Shown: positions 47,953 through 57,205 of the stretch, one piece after another | Position numbering within the stretch: position 1 is the stretch's first letter | Layout of the letters: each line of letters opens with the position of its first letter | Source: an uncultured Verrucomicrobiota bacterium | GTDB lineage: Bacteria; Verrucomicrobiota; Verrucomicrobiia; Limisphaerales; CAYIIH01 | Reading direction: 5' to 3' | Assembly (NCBI GenBank): GCA_964363225.1 | Contig: CAYIIH010000006.1 | Span: 3,345-67,344 of the forward strand | Length of the DNA stretch: 64,000 nt | The notes under the pieces: generated by a model | Seen by the model: the letters and a program-made list of their open reading frames with translations, nothing else | Told to the model about the DNA's origin: nothing | The model's database searches: none | Program-made: the position numbers and the translations under genes

Positions 47953-48716
47953 ATGATCCGGCCCCGGCGCTTTCGCGACTCAACCTTCTCAGCGTGGTCA
48001 TTCCCGCGCGCGACGAAGCGGATTGCATCGCCTCGACCGTGGAGCATCTGCACGTTGAACTGCGCCTGCGCGGCGTGCCGCATGAAATCATTGTGGTGGA
48101 CGATGGCAGCACCGACACCACGTGGCCCATCTTGAGGGCGCTCCAAGAACGGCTGCCCGTGCTCCACCCCCTCCAGAATGGCCCGCCGTACGGCTTTGGC
48201 CGAGCGGTCACACGGGGTTTGAATCAGATGCGCGGCGACGCGGTGGTCATCATGATGGCCGATGAGTCGGACGATTGCCGGGATGTGGTGCGCTACTGGC
48301 AGGCGTTGAACGAAGGAGCCGAGTGTGTTTTTGGCAGCCGGTTCATCAAAGGCGGCGGCGTCATTGATTATCCGCGGATCAAACGCTTGTTAAATCGCAT
48401 CGCGAATTATTTCATTCGCGTCCTGTTCCACATTCCGCTCAATGACACCACCAACGCGTTCAAGGCCTACCGCCGTGAAGTGATTGAGGGCTGCCGCCCG
48501 TTCCTCTCGCCGCACTTCAATCTGACGGTGGAACTGCCGCTCAAGGCCATCGTGCGCGGCTATTCCTGGACGGTCATCCCGATTACCTGGCGCAACCGGC
48601 GCACCGGCGCTCCGAAATTGAAAATCAAGGAAATGGGCAGCCGATACTTTTTCATCTGCATGTATGTCTGGCTGGAAAAGTATTTCAGCCAGGGCGACTA
48701 CCGGAAAAGAGATTGA
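47949..48716 (+). CDS. GT2 polyprenyl-phosphate glycosyltransferase (DPM1/GtrB/ArnC-like)
   Basis: 255 aa. ATGA overlaps the preceding SDR. It has LSVVIPARDE, VVDDGSTD, the MMADESDD (DxD region) and a short C-terminal amphipathic tail typical of Dpm1/GtrB-type enzymes. Confidence 0.88.
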   Translation: MNDPAPALSRLNLLSVVIPARDEADCIASTVEHLHVELRLRGVPHEIIVVDDGSTDTTWPILRALQERLPVLHPLQNGPPYGFGRAVTRGLNQMRGDAVVIMMADESDDCRDVVRYWQALNEGAECVFGSRFIKGGGVIDYPRIKRLLNRIANYFIRVLFHIPLNDTTNAFKAYRREVIEGCRPFLSPHFNLTVELPLKAIVRGYSWTVIPITWRNRRTGAPKLKIKEMGSRYFFICMYVWLEKYFSQGDYRKRD

Positions 48717-48820
48717 GCCGGCCGCGAACGTAACCGGTCACGGACAATGCAGCGACCAACGCCGCTTGCCGCCATTTCAAGCGAAGTAAGTTGTCGCAAG
48801 GCCCTTAACTCATCATTTCC

Positions 48821-50671
48821 TCAGCGCGCGAAATGATTGCCCGCCGTCCGTTCCCAAATGTCCCAGTGCGGCCCGGTTTGCACGCGCCGCCAGCCGGCGC
48901 TCAGGTAAGCGGGTGACGGCGCGGAGGCACGGAGTGCTACATAGCGCACCCCAAACCGATTCAACCACGCCTCCGGTTTGAAAGAAACCTCGCGATAAAA
49001 CGCGAACCGATTGCGGAGCCGTTGGTCTTTTTGTTGCGGGTCGCGCGTCCACGGGCCCATCCGCGTATCCCGAAAATAGGCCTGTTGCTCGGCCGCGAAC
49101 GCCGCCGCGTCTTTCCCTTCCAGATAGCTGTTTAAGGCCACGCGCGCGTCCCATTCCTCATTAGTGACTCGGGGACTGAGTGATGCTGACCGTTCCAAAG
49201 GACGCAGGTCTTCGACCAAACCCGCAAAGTCAACAAATGCCGGGTCGCCGGCGATCACGGTGTTAGGGGCCAACTCCTGTGTTGGGGCACTCGTGCGTTG
49301 TTCCTGGTAGCGGGCGTAGTTCGCCTGAATTTCCAGCATTTGCCGGCTGCGAGTGCATTCCAGCACGCGGAACCAGACGCCCGCCATGAGGTGGAACCCG
49401 CACAAGGCCAGGAGACCGCACTTCATGATCGAGGACCAACGGCCCCAGCGAAGCAGTGCCTCCGCGAGCCACAGCACATAAAACAGCGAGAGGCCAATTC
49501 CCCAGACGTAACCCCAGTGGCCGTTTTCGATTTGCAGGCCGGTTACGATTTGGTGGTTGACCAAGAGGAATCCAGCGGTCGCCACCGCCCACAAATAGCT
49601 CCAATCCCTGCGCCGGAGTAATACCCAGATCAGTCCAACTCCCAGCATGAGGATGGCCCCTTTGGAAATCAGCAATTCACTGAAGCGCGGAATGGGTACG
49701 AACTTGTCATAACGCTGCAGCCAGTCCATCCCATAAACGCGATTAAGCCAGGCGCTGTAGAACACCAAGGGCAATCCTGCCAGACCACCAATCCAACCGG
49801 TATGGAAATAGACTTTACGCTGCGGAAAATCCACCAGCAACGCCAGCGCCAACGCCAGCCCCGCCGCCGTCCAGAAGTAAAAGTAGGCATAGAACAGCAA
49901 GCCAAAACTCAGGCCCGCCAGCGCGATCCGGCCGCGGCTTGGTTGCTCCCGCGCCCGCGCCACCAGCCAGAGGTGGAAAAGCAAGTAGAACAAACTCAAC
50001 CCCGGCGTGATCAGACGCCATTGCAGCAGCAAAACCGGATAACTGCTGAAAAACCATTCGGGCGGATTCGCCTGCCACATTTGTGCGAAGATGCGGGTGT
50101 GATTGACAATCGGCCGGCTCCAGATCATTCCAGCATCCACCATCAACAGCCCCGACACCAGAGCGGCGATCCAGGGGCTCTTTAGAAAATGATAACTTAC
50201 CAGAAAAAAACCGAGGGCCACACTGAAGCCTGCCCAGAGGCGCCACGCCATGCCGATGCCCAAGGGGCCCCAGCCCAAAACCTTGGCAGTCAGAATTCCC
50301 GGCACAAGCTGGAGCCACGGAAACATCGTGGCCCCGCCGGTGGCAAAAGTCGGATCGCTCAAAGAGGCCGGGTGACTATGGTAGGCCTGGCAGGACACTG
50401 GATAATAGCACACCAACTCGTCGTAGCTGCCTATCCACGCCGGACTGCCGGTCTTAACCCACCAGAGCAGATGCGGCAGGGCCGACACGAGCATCCCCAC
50501 AAACGTGCAAATAATGGCCGCCACCAAGCAGTCTCGTTTCAGCAATGGAACGGCGCTTGTCGAGACGTGCAACTGAGCCTCTGCGCGGCAGGGCCTGTCG
50601 GATGTTCGGGCGCTCACTTGGGTCCGGTCTTTTTCGGGTCGAGAAAGGAACGCGCGGAAGATCGCTTTCAC
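48821..50671 (-). CDS. Large polytopic membrane protein with C-terminal soluble domain (unassigned; possible GT-C-like transferase/polymerase)
   Basis: 616 aa with ~12 TM segments followed by a ~170-aa hydrophilic domain. GTGA overlaps the upstream GT2 gene. I recognise no family signature. Confidence 0.65.
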   Translation of the reverse strand: MKAIFRAFLSRPEKDRTQVSARTSDRPCRAEAQLHVSTSAVPLLKRDCLVAAIICTFVGMLVSALPHLLWWVKTGSPAWIGSYDELVCYYPVSCQAYHSHPASLSDPTFATGGATMFPWLQLVPGILTAKVLGWGPLGIGMAWRLWAGFSVALGFFLVSYHFLKSPWIAALVSGLLMVDAGMIWSRPIVNHTRIFAQMWQANPPEWFFSSYPVLLLQWRLITPGLSLFYLLFHLWLVARAREQPSRGRIALAGLSFGLLFYAYFYFWTAAGLALALALLVDFPQRKVYFHTGWIGGLAGLPLVFYSAWLNRVYGMDWLQRYDKFVPIPRFSELLISKGAILMLGVGLIWVLLRRRDWSYLWAVATAGFLLVNHQIVTGLQIENGHWGYVWGIGLSLFYVLWLAEALLRWGRWSSIMKCGLLALCGFHLMAGVWFRVLECTRSRQMLEIQANYARYQEQRTSAPTQELAPNTVIAGDPAFVDFAGLVEDLRPLERSASLSPRVTNEEWDARVALNSYLEGKDAAAFAAEQQAYFRDTRMGPWTRDPQQKDQRLRNRFAFYREVSFKPEAWLNRFGVRYVALRASAPSPAYLSAGWRRVQTGPHWDIWERTAGNHFAR

Positions 50672-51570
50672 CGGATCATTTTACGTTGCAGGGCGCGGCT
50701 CAAGCCTTTCCAGGCGCCGAATTTGATGGGCCACCAGGCCAGACATTGCCAATAACCGCGCACGGCGCCGGCAACGTCGCCGTTCGCCAGATCATAATCA
50801 GCGACCAAGCCCTTATAATAGGCTTTGCAGCGCTGTTTCAGCAGCCAGTAGCGGGGTGTGGACGGAAGCCGTCGCTCCACGCAGGCCATCGACGAAACCC
50901 ACACTTGCCGATGCATCGGGCGATGGCGATTGGCGTCGTGCATGCGGATTTTGTAGCAGATGCGTGACACATAGGTGAATTCGTACCGCAGCGCGAGCCG
51001 CAGGCCAAAATCAAAATCTTCACAATCCGCACTTTCTGGAAAACCGCCGAAGCCACCGACCTCGACGATCGCCGGGCGTGGCAGCAAACAGGAAAGAATT
51101 GTGCCGCCTGCGTAAAAGCAAAACTCGCTCAAAATGTTTCCGCTGCGATGAGCGAAGCAAAAGGTGTAATGCGGCAGCAGTTCGAGCTTTTGCGCGTGGA
51201 CGCTGGCGATACCGTAGGCAATGCGCGCGGGGTTTTTTCGGGCTGCGGCCAGCAGGCTCGGCACCGCGCCGGTTTCCAAGCCGTCATCCGAATCCAGGAA
51301 CTGAATCCACCGGCCGCGCGCCTGTTGCCAGGCTTGGTTGCGCGCGGCCACGGGGCCGCTCTGCGTCTGCCGGAGCACGCGCAGCCGCGAATCAGAAACT
51401 CGTTGCAGCACCGCCAGGGTGTTGTCGGTCGAGCCGTCATCCACCACGATCACTTCGCCCACCTCCGGCCCTTGGTTCAGAGCCGATACCACGGCGTCCA
51501 AAATATAGTGGGCGCGGTTGTGGGTCGGAATGACCACGCTCACAAAATCGGCTGGCGCGTTGTCGCTCAA
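50668..51570 (-). CDS. Glycosyltransferase family 2
   Basis: 300 aa. It has VSVVIPTHNR, VVDDGSTD and FLDSDD (DxD). Confidence 0.88.
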   Translation of the reverse strand: MSDNAPADFVSVVIPTHNRAHYILDAVVSALNQGPEVGEVIVVDDGSTDNTLAVLQRVSDSRLRVLRQTQSGPVAARNQAWQQARGRWIQFLDSDDGLETGAVPSLLAAARKNPARIAYGIASVHAQKLELLPHYTFCFAHRSGNILSEFCFYAGGTILSCLLPRPAIVEVGGFGGFPESADCEDFDFGLRLALRYEFTYVSRICYKIRMHDANRHRPMHRQVWVSSMACVERRLPSTPRYWLLKQRCKAYYKGLVADYDLANGDVAGAVRGYWQCLAWWPIKFGAWKGLSRALQRKMIR

Positions 51571-52721
51571 GTTTCGGCAATTAAATCTCGGCCGCAGATT
51601 TTCAGCAGGGCTTCCACGAGTTGACGGCTGACGTGCGCGGGAGCATAGCGATCTTCAGCCAGCTTGCGCGCGGCGGCGCCCAGTTCGCGTTGCCAAATGA
51701 AGTCTGCTTTGAGTCGTCGCAACACCTTGGCCGCCGCGCCGATTTCCGTCATGGAGACTGCGACGCCGCCCGATCCGGTCTGCCACTGCATGACTTCGTC
51801 CGAATGATGCACCACCGGCAGTCCGCTGGCGAGCGCTTCGAGAATGGCAATCGAAAACGGTTCCGCCAGCGAGGCCAACGCATAAACGTCGGCCGCGTGA
51901 AATAACTCCGGCATCGCCGCTCGTTCCACACGGCCCAGAAAACGAAACCGGTCGCCCAGCGCTTTTCCGGCCTGGGCGCGCACCGTTTCCGCGCCGTCCT
52001 CCTCCATGCCCGCTGAAAGCAGAATGGCGCGGATGTCCACTGCCGCCACTTCCTGCGCCAGCCATTCGAGGCGTTTGTGGCTGACCTGGCCCACCGGTCC
52101 GACCGTCAACACCACGAAATCATCTTCTTTCAACGCCAACCGCTGGCGGGCGGCGGCTCTCAACTGTGGCGTGGGCGGCGCGAATCGTTCGAGATCGACA
52201 AAATGAGGCACGGCAAAAAAGCGCTCGACACTTTCCTTGCCGGCGAGTTCCCGCCGGGCGGCATCCAGGTACGGCGGCGCCAGCAAATGGACACCGTCAA
52301 AATCCTTGGCCCAGTTGGCCGAAAGGCGCATGCCGTTCATGAAAACAACCTTCGCGCGGTGGAGCGGACGAAACCGTTTCAAGTGCCAGCTCAACACCGG
52401 ATCGCCGCAGTAAACCAGGTCCATCTGGTGCCAGCGAAGGAGCGCGACTGATTGCGGCAGGATGGAGAGTTGTTCCAGCAGGTAGCGGCGATGCCACGGA
52501 AGCCTTCTCAGCCAGCGCGCGTCGCGGTTCAGCCCGTGAAGGCAGCGTGTGAGGCGCATTTTTGCAGATGGGGCAGGGCCTCCGCTCCAGAGTTCGACAT
52601 GCATCTCGCCTGGCAGGTGAAGCGCCAGTTCGGCCATCCAGGTTTCAATTCCGCGGGCAGTATAACCCAGCCCTGAGGACAGCAGCAGCAGCTTCAGCGG
52701 CACACGAGCAGAGAGCGTCAT
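51567..52721 (-). CDS. Glycosyltransferase family 4
   Basis: 384 aa with VYALASLAEPFSIAILEALASGLPVV. Confidence 0.87.
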   Translation of the reverse strand: MTLSARVPLKLLLLSSGLGYTARGIETWMAELALHLPGEMHVELWSGGPAPSAKMRLTRCLHGLNRDARWLRRLPWHRRYLLEQLSILPQSVALLRWHQMDLVYCGDPVLSWHLKRFRPLHRAKVVFMNGMRLSANWAKDFDGVHLLAPPYLDAARRELAGKESVERFFAVPHFVDLERFAPPTPQLRAAARQRLALKEDDFVVLTVGPVGQVSHKRLEWLAQEVAAVDIRAILLSAGMEEDGAETVRAQAGKALGDRFRFLGRVERAAMPELFHAADVYALASLAEPFSIAILEALASGLPVVHHSDEVMQWQTGSGGVAVSMTEIGAAAKVLRRLKADFIWQRELGAAARKLAEDRYAPAHVSRQLVEALLKICGRDLIAET

Positions 52722-52970
52722 CGCTGGAAAAAGATTCAGGAGCGGTTCATGGTTTCGTGGTTATTGTGCCAGGCCAATTGCGGGGGGTGGCGGAGGGCTT
52801 TGACGTTGTGATTCGGCAAACACTGCAGAAAAACGAACTCTTCGCGTGCTGCTGCTGCGCAGGTATTTCCATCTCCGTCTCGCCAGTCGGGGCGCCATCA
52901 TTTTGACTCCGGCGTTCAAACAAGTTGGAGGTGCGCGGCGTTGCCGGGCGGGGACTCCTGGTCCGAGGGC

Positions 52971-53498
52971 TTATTTGCATACCGTGAGTTCAAAGTAAAG
53001 GAACCACGCCGGGAAAATCCAGGCCCAGCGTTGCTCGTAAATGTCCGGCCAACGATTGGCCAGCCGGCTCACGACTTTGTTGATCAAGCCGGGCGTGAAA
53101 ACAATAGATCGGTGTTGCACCTTAAAACCGTGGCCGCCGTAATAACTCCATTGATGCCCGGCGACGAAGTAATCGAAGGAGAAATAACCCAATTGCCACC
53201 GGTGAGTCGGGTCCGTGAACGCGTTCGCGCAAGAAAAATGCGGGGTGGTGATGAACACACGCGCGTTCGGCTTGGCGAGCCGCCAGACTTCTCGCATGAA
53301 AGCAACGACATCCTCCAAGTGTTCCACCACATCATTGGCGTGGATTTCTTCGAACGCATTGTCCGGCAGGGGATAGGGATAAACACTTAAATCATGAACC
53401 AGGTCCGGCTCGACACTGGCTTCACGATCCACGTTCAGGTGGTGCGACATCTTTTTTCGACCACAACCAAGGTTCAATTTGCTTGGCAAAGGAGTCAT
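52971..53498 (-). CDS. Class I SAM-dependent methyltransferase (Methyltransf_11-like, short)
   Basis: 175 aa. It has LNLGCGRK (motif I) and ANDVVEHLED. Confidence 0.82.
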   Translation of the reverse strand: MTPLPSKLNLGCGRKKMSHHLNVDREASVEPDLVHDLSVYPYPLPDNAFEEIHANDVVEHLEDVVAFMREVWRLAKPNARVFITTPHFSCANAFTDPTHRWQLGYFSFDYFVAGHQWSYYGGHGFKVQHRSIVFTPGLINKVVSRLANRWPDIYEQRWAWIFPAWFLYFELTVCK

Positions 53499-53507
53499 CG
53501 AGGGTGG

Positions 53508-54638
53508 TCAAGGCTGTGCGTGTTGGGCTCCCCCTGGTCCTCGCGCGAGGTGACAATACAAATCAAGACCACGGCGGGCGACCTGCTCCCAGGTAAAGTG
53601 CTGTTCAATATGGCGGCGGGCGGCCATGCCCAAAGTCTGGCTCAAGGCAGGATTGGCGACAAGTTTTTCGAGGTGCTGTTGCAGAGCCACTCGGTCGTTC
53701 GGCGGCACGATGAATCCGGTTTCTCCGTCCTTCACCAGTTCCGGCAAGCTAGCGGTCCGGGTCACGATCACCGGCTTGCCGCAGGCCATGGCTTCAAGAG
53801 TTACGAGACCGAGCAATTCGGATTTGTCTTGCGCTGGATCATTGGCGGGGAGCGTGGGCTGCAAGACCACGTTGGCGCCGGCGTATTGGCGTCTTAGTTC
53901 CGCATCGTCCGCATCCGTAATGAACGTGACCTGCTTACCGGCGGCCGCTTGCTGCAACTGCCTGAAGTAACCTTCATCATAGGGTCGGCCAACCACCCGT
54001 AGCGGTGTCTGCGGAAGGATGGCTTCAATCAGGGGTAACACTCCCTTGTGCGGCAGCAAGCGTCCGACAAACAGAGCGTAGCCCTCCGGCGGACGGGCTG
54101 GGACCGTGAATTCCTTCAGGTTCACGCCTCCATACAAAATGGTTTGCGGCTGAGGCCAGTCAGTGAAGAAACGGGCAGCATGCCGCGATAGCAACGCCAG
54201 TCCGTGAGCCAGCCGGTTCAAGTTGATGCGGGGATGCAGCTTTTGCAGGTGCGTGCTCCAGCAGGCGCCGCCACCGCCCACGTCGGTCAGGACCGAGATT
54301 TGCCCGCGCAACCTCGCCGAGAGCAAGGCGAGATCGGCCAATGGCGTGGGAAAGACCATGACGTGGATGAGGTCATATTCGCGGAAGGCCCGCCAAATCT
54401 CACGGGTAACCGGAAAGCCCCTGCGTTCGGCAAGCTGTCGCACGGCGAAGGTGCGGATTTGCAGCCGGTCCAGCGTCTCCTCTTTCGCCACCGTGTCGAA
54501 CAAGGTCAGGGTGGTCGGCGTCAAGACCGATAACGCACGGGCGTATTCCAGCGTGTAACGTTCACCGCCCCCCACGATACGGTTCTGGGCGAAGTAAGAC
54601 GGCGGGATGACCAGGACCCGGGGTTCGCTTGCCTTCAT
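53508..54638 (-). CDS. Glycosyltransferase family 4
   Basis: 376 aa from ATG 54638 (MKASEPRVLVIPP), with VVLQPTLP....ELLGLVTLEAMACGKPVIV. Confidence 0.87.
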   Translation of the reverse strand: MKASEPRVLVIPPSYFAQNRIVGGGERYTLEYARALSVLTPTTLTLFDTVAKEETLDRLQIRTFAVRQLAERRGFPVTREIWRAFREYDLIHVMVFPTPLADLALLSARLRGQISVLTDVGGGGACWSTHLQKLHPRINLNRLAHGLALLSRHAARFFTDWPQPQTILYGGVNLKEFTVPARPPEGYALFVGRLLPHKGVLPLIEAILPQTPLRVVGRPYDEGYFRQLQQAAAGKQVTFITDADDAELRRQYAGANVVLQPTLPANDPAQDKSELLGLVTLEAMACGKPVIVTRTASLPELVKDGETGFIVPPNDRVALQQHLEKLVANPALSQTLGMAARRHIEQHFTWEQVARRGLDLYCHLARGPGGAQHAQP

Positions 54639-54923
54639 GAAAGCGGGAAGCTCCAGAAGCCTCGACACCGAGAAATCAAGCCAAGGATACACCAAAACAA
54701 TGAGGCTAGACTACTCATTGAGATTGTTCTCGCGAAGGTTTCGCGACGTTCTGAGCAGAGTCGTAAATGTCCGTAAAGGCCGCAACGGCTGTCAAGCTTG
54801 GCGCACGTTCCCCCTCTCGACTCACCAACAGGAAAACAGGCGGTTGATGTAACCAATCCACCGTCCTCTGCATGGCGAGGGGCACTCTTCAGGTCGCGCA
54901 TCTTGACTGTCGCATGAGGGCTG

Positions 54924-55892
54924 TCAGTGAAAGAAAATAATCCGGCTGCCACTCCGTTCAAATTTTAAGTGAAATGGCCGGAGACGAGCGAGTGCGGCGA
55001 TGACCCGTTCGCGTGCTGCTGGTGGCGTGTAAAACAGGAGAAACCCTCCCTGCCCGGCCCCGAGCAGCTTGCCGCCCTTAGCGCCTGTTGATACCATTGG
55101 TCGATCTGGGTACTACTGATGTCGCTGGCCAAGCCTTTCTTGAGCTGCCAATTCTCATGAAGAATTTCGCCGAAAGCGTCCAAGTGATTATGTTCCAATT
55201 CCATGTTCAAAATGTGGGCCAATTCCGTCATGCGTTGCAGCACCTTTCGCTGCCGGCGGTTTTGGACTAAGGACTCCTTCTGTCTCGCCAGCAAGGTGCC
55301 CGTATGCCGGGTGATGCCGGTGTAAAAGGCTAGCAAGTTCTGTTCGAGTTGCTGCTGGGTCTCTCGCCGACAAATGATGGGGGCCACGCTGACCGTGTCG
55401 TTGGGATGGAACTCGATGAAGTTGAATCCTCCGAATGCCGCGGCATATTGGTCCTGCTTGCCGATGGGCTCGCCACAGAGGTCAATTTCAATTTCGCAGC
55501 TCTGTGCCCCCAGTTCTTCGGCAGAGACATAATTGCGCCTGAAAGCATGCAGAGAGTGCAGTAGCCCAACCGTAAACGAACTGGACGAACCCAGGCCTGT
55601 CCCGCGAGACGGAATGTCAGCAATCGAGGTGATTTCGATGCCACCGTTTATGTTGAGTTTGTGCAAGGCGGCCCGTACCAAGGGATGTTTCAGTTGGCGG
55701 ACTGATGCCACCTCCTCGGTCTTCGAGTAGCTGACGCGGATCCGGTCATCGAACTTCTCGTTGACTGTTACATAAACGTGTTTGTCGATCGTGGTCGAAA
55801 CGACTGCACCCCCATGTTCGCGGTAAAAGACAGGCAAATCACTGCCCCCCCCCGACAAAACTCATCCGCAAAGGGGTTTTGCTTATGATCAT
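54924..55892 (-). pseudogene. hddA: D-glycero-D-manno-heptose 7-phosphate kinase (GHMP kinase, HddA-like) interrupted by two frameshifts
   Basis: ATG 55892 overlaps the upstream stop (ATGA) and encodes MIISKTPLRMSFVGGG. A G9 run (C9 on the + strand, 55845-55853) throws the frame into TGA. The body (55858-~55075) carries GHMP motifs in frame +1 (GGGSDLPVFY, GTGLGSSSSF). Motif III AGKLLGAGQGGFLLFY and the tail FERSGSRIIFFH* lie back in the first frame, ending at 54924. The total is 969 nt, exactly 323 codons. Confidence 0.75.
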
Positions 55893-57205
55893 ACGATCGC
55901 CATTTGGTTGAGGACGAAATCCACCGCTTCTGGAAGATCTGAAAACTCTCCGTCGGGCACATCAGGATAACGGCCATCTCTACCGGCTAAACCCGTGCGG
56001 ACCAGCGCGGCTTGGAGGCCGGCGTTGCGTGCGGTCCGGATGTCGGTAGTCGAATCGCCGATCAACCAGGAACGCGCCAGATCGATCCCCAGTTCAGCCG
56101 CCGCCCGGTGAATCAGTCCTGGCGCGGGCTTGCGGCAAGCGCAGTCCTGTTTTAATTCCGGTCGTTCGCCGGGAAAGCCCCGGTCAGGGTGGTGAGGGCA
56201 CCAGTAGATGCCATTGAGAAAAGCGCCGCAGTCGCCTAAGAGGTTCTCAAGTTTGTTGTGGATCAGACGCAACTGAGCTTCAGACACCTCGCCCCTCGCC
56301 ACCACAGGTTGGTTTGTTGCAACCACCGCCAGCACACCGGCTTGATTAATCCTTCGCACCGCCTCGCCTGCTCCGGGGATCAATTGCAGTTGCTCCACAC
56401 GGGTGATCCGGTTTCTTTCTATGTTCAAGGTTCCGTCACGATCCAGAAAGATGGCCGGACAGAGCCGGTCCAACGAGAGGGAGTGGATCTTTCCTCGTTG
56501 CCAGTCGGCTTCCACCTGCGCCAGACGCGCGGGCGTGCCGATGTCCTTGATGTATTCCCGGCTAGAGTAACCAAGCAGCCGCTTGCCTTGCCGCAGCAAG
56601 GCAGGAAACAGCTCGGTGGCGAAGTCCATTTTAACCGGCCTCCCTGTCCAAGGAGGCAAAGCCCTTTTGTTGACAACGTAAAGACCGGCGTTGACCAGAT
56701 TGTTATGATAAGAAGCGGGATCATGCGGATAAGGATGAAATGATTTGACCATGCCCGCCTCGTCCAATTCGATCAGGTCGGAATCATGCGGATGGTCGTT
56801 GGGATGCACCAGGAGTGTGATATCGGCATCTCGCTGCTCGTGGAACTTCCAAATCCGGTTTAGCGCGACGTGCGGCATCGTGTCGCCGTATAGAACCAAA
56901 AAGACTTCGGGGAGCGATTCGAGGACGGACATGACCGCGCCGGCCGTGCCCAGAGGTTGGTTTTCCACCTGGTAGCGAATCCGCACGCCCCACCTTCGGC
57001 CATCCTGAAAATGGTTCTCGATCTTACAGGCGGCATAACCGGTCAATAGCAGGATCTCTTCAAACCCATGGTTTTTTGCCAATTCGACTTGATGTTCCAA
57101 AACCGGTTTGCCACCAATAATGGCCATGGGCTTGGGGAGATCACCTAACAACTCGCGCAGGCGAAGACCTTTGCCTCCAGCCAAAATGACGGCTTGTTTC
57201 CTCAC
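55889..57205 (-). CDS. Bifunctional sugar-1-phosphate nucleotidyltransferase (HddC-like) / D,D-heptose 1,7-bisphosphate phosphatase (GmhB, HAD-IIIA)
   Basis: 438 aa. The N-terminal half has AVILAGGKGLRLRELLGDLPKPM (NTP_transferase). The C-terminal half has FLDRDGTLN (HAD motif I), the Zn-binding CPHHP...CACRKP, and GDSTTDI (motif IV). Confidence 0.85.
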   Translation of the reverse strand: MRKQAVILAGGKGLRLRELLGDLPKPMAIIGGKPVLEHQVELAKNHGFEEILLLTGYAACKIENHFQDGRRWGVRIRYQVENQPLGTAGAVMSVLESLPEVFLVLYGDTMPHVALNRIWKFHEQRDADITLLVHPNDHPHDSDLIELDEAGMVKSFHPYPHDPASYHNNLVNAGLYVVNKRALPPWTGRPVKMDFATELFPALLRQGKRLLGYSSREYIKDIGTPARLAQVEADWQRGKIHSLSLDRLCPAIFLDRDGTLNIERNRITRVEQLQLIPGAGEAVRRINQAGVLAVVATNQPVVARGEVSEAQLRLIHNKLENLLGDCGAFLNGIYWCPHHPDRGFPGERPELKQDCACRKPAPGLIHRAAAELGIDLARSWLIGDSTTDIRTARNAGLQAALVRTGLAGRDGRYPDVPDGEFSDLPEAVDFVLNQMAIV

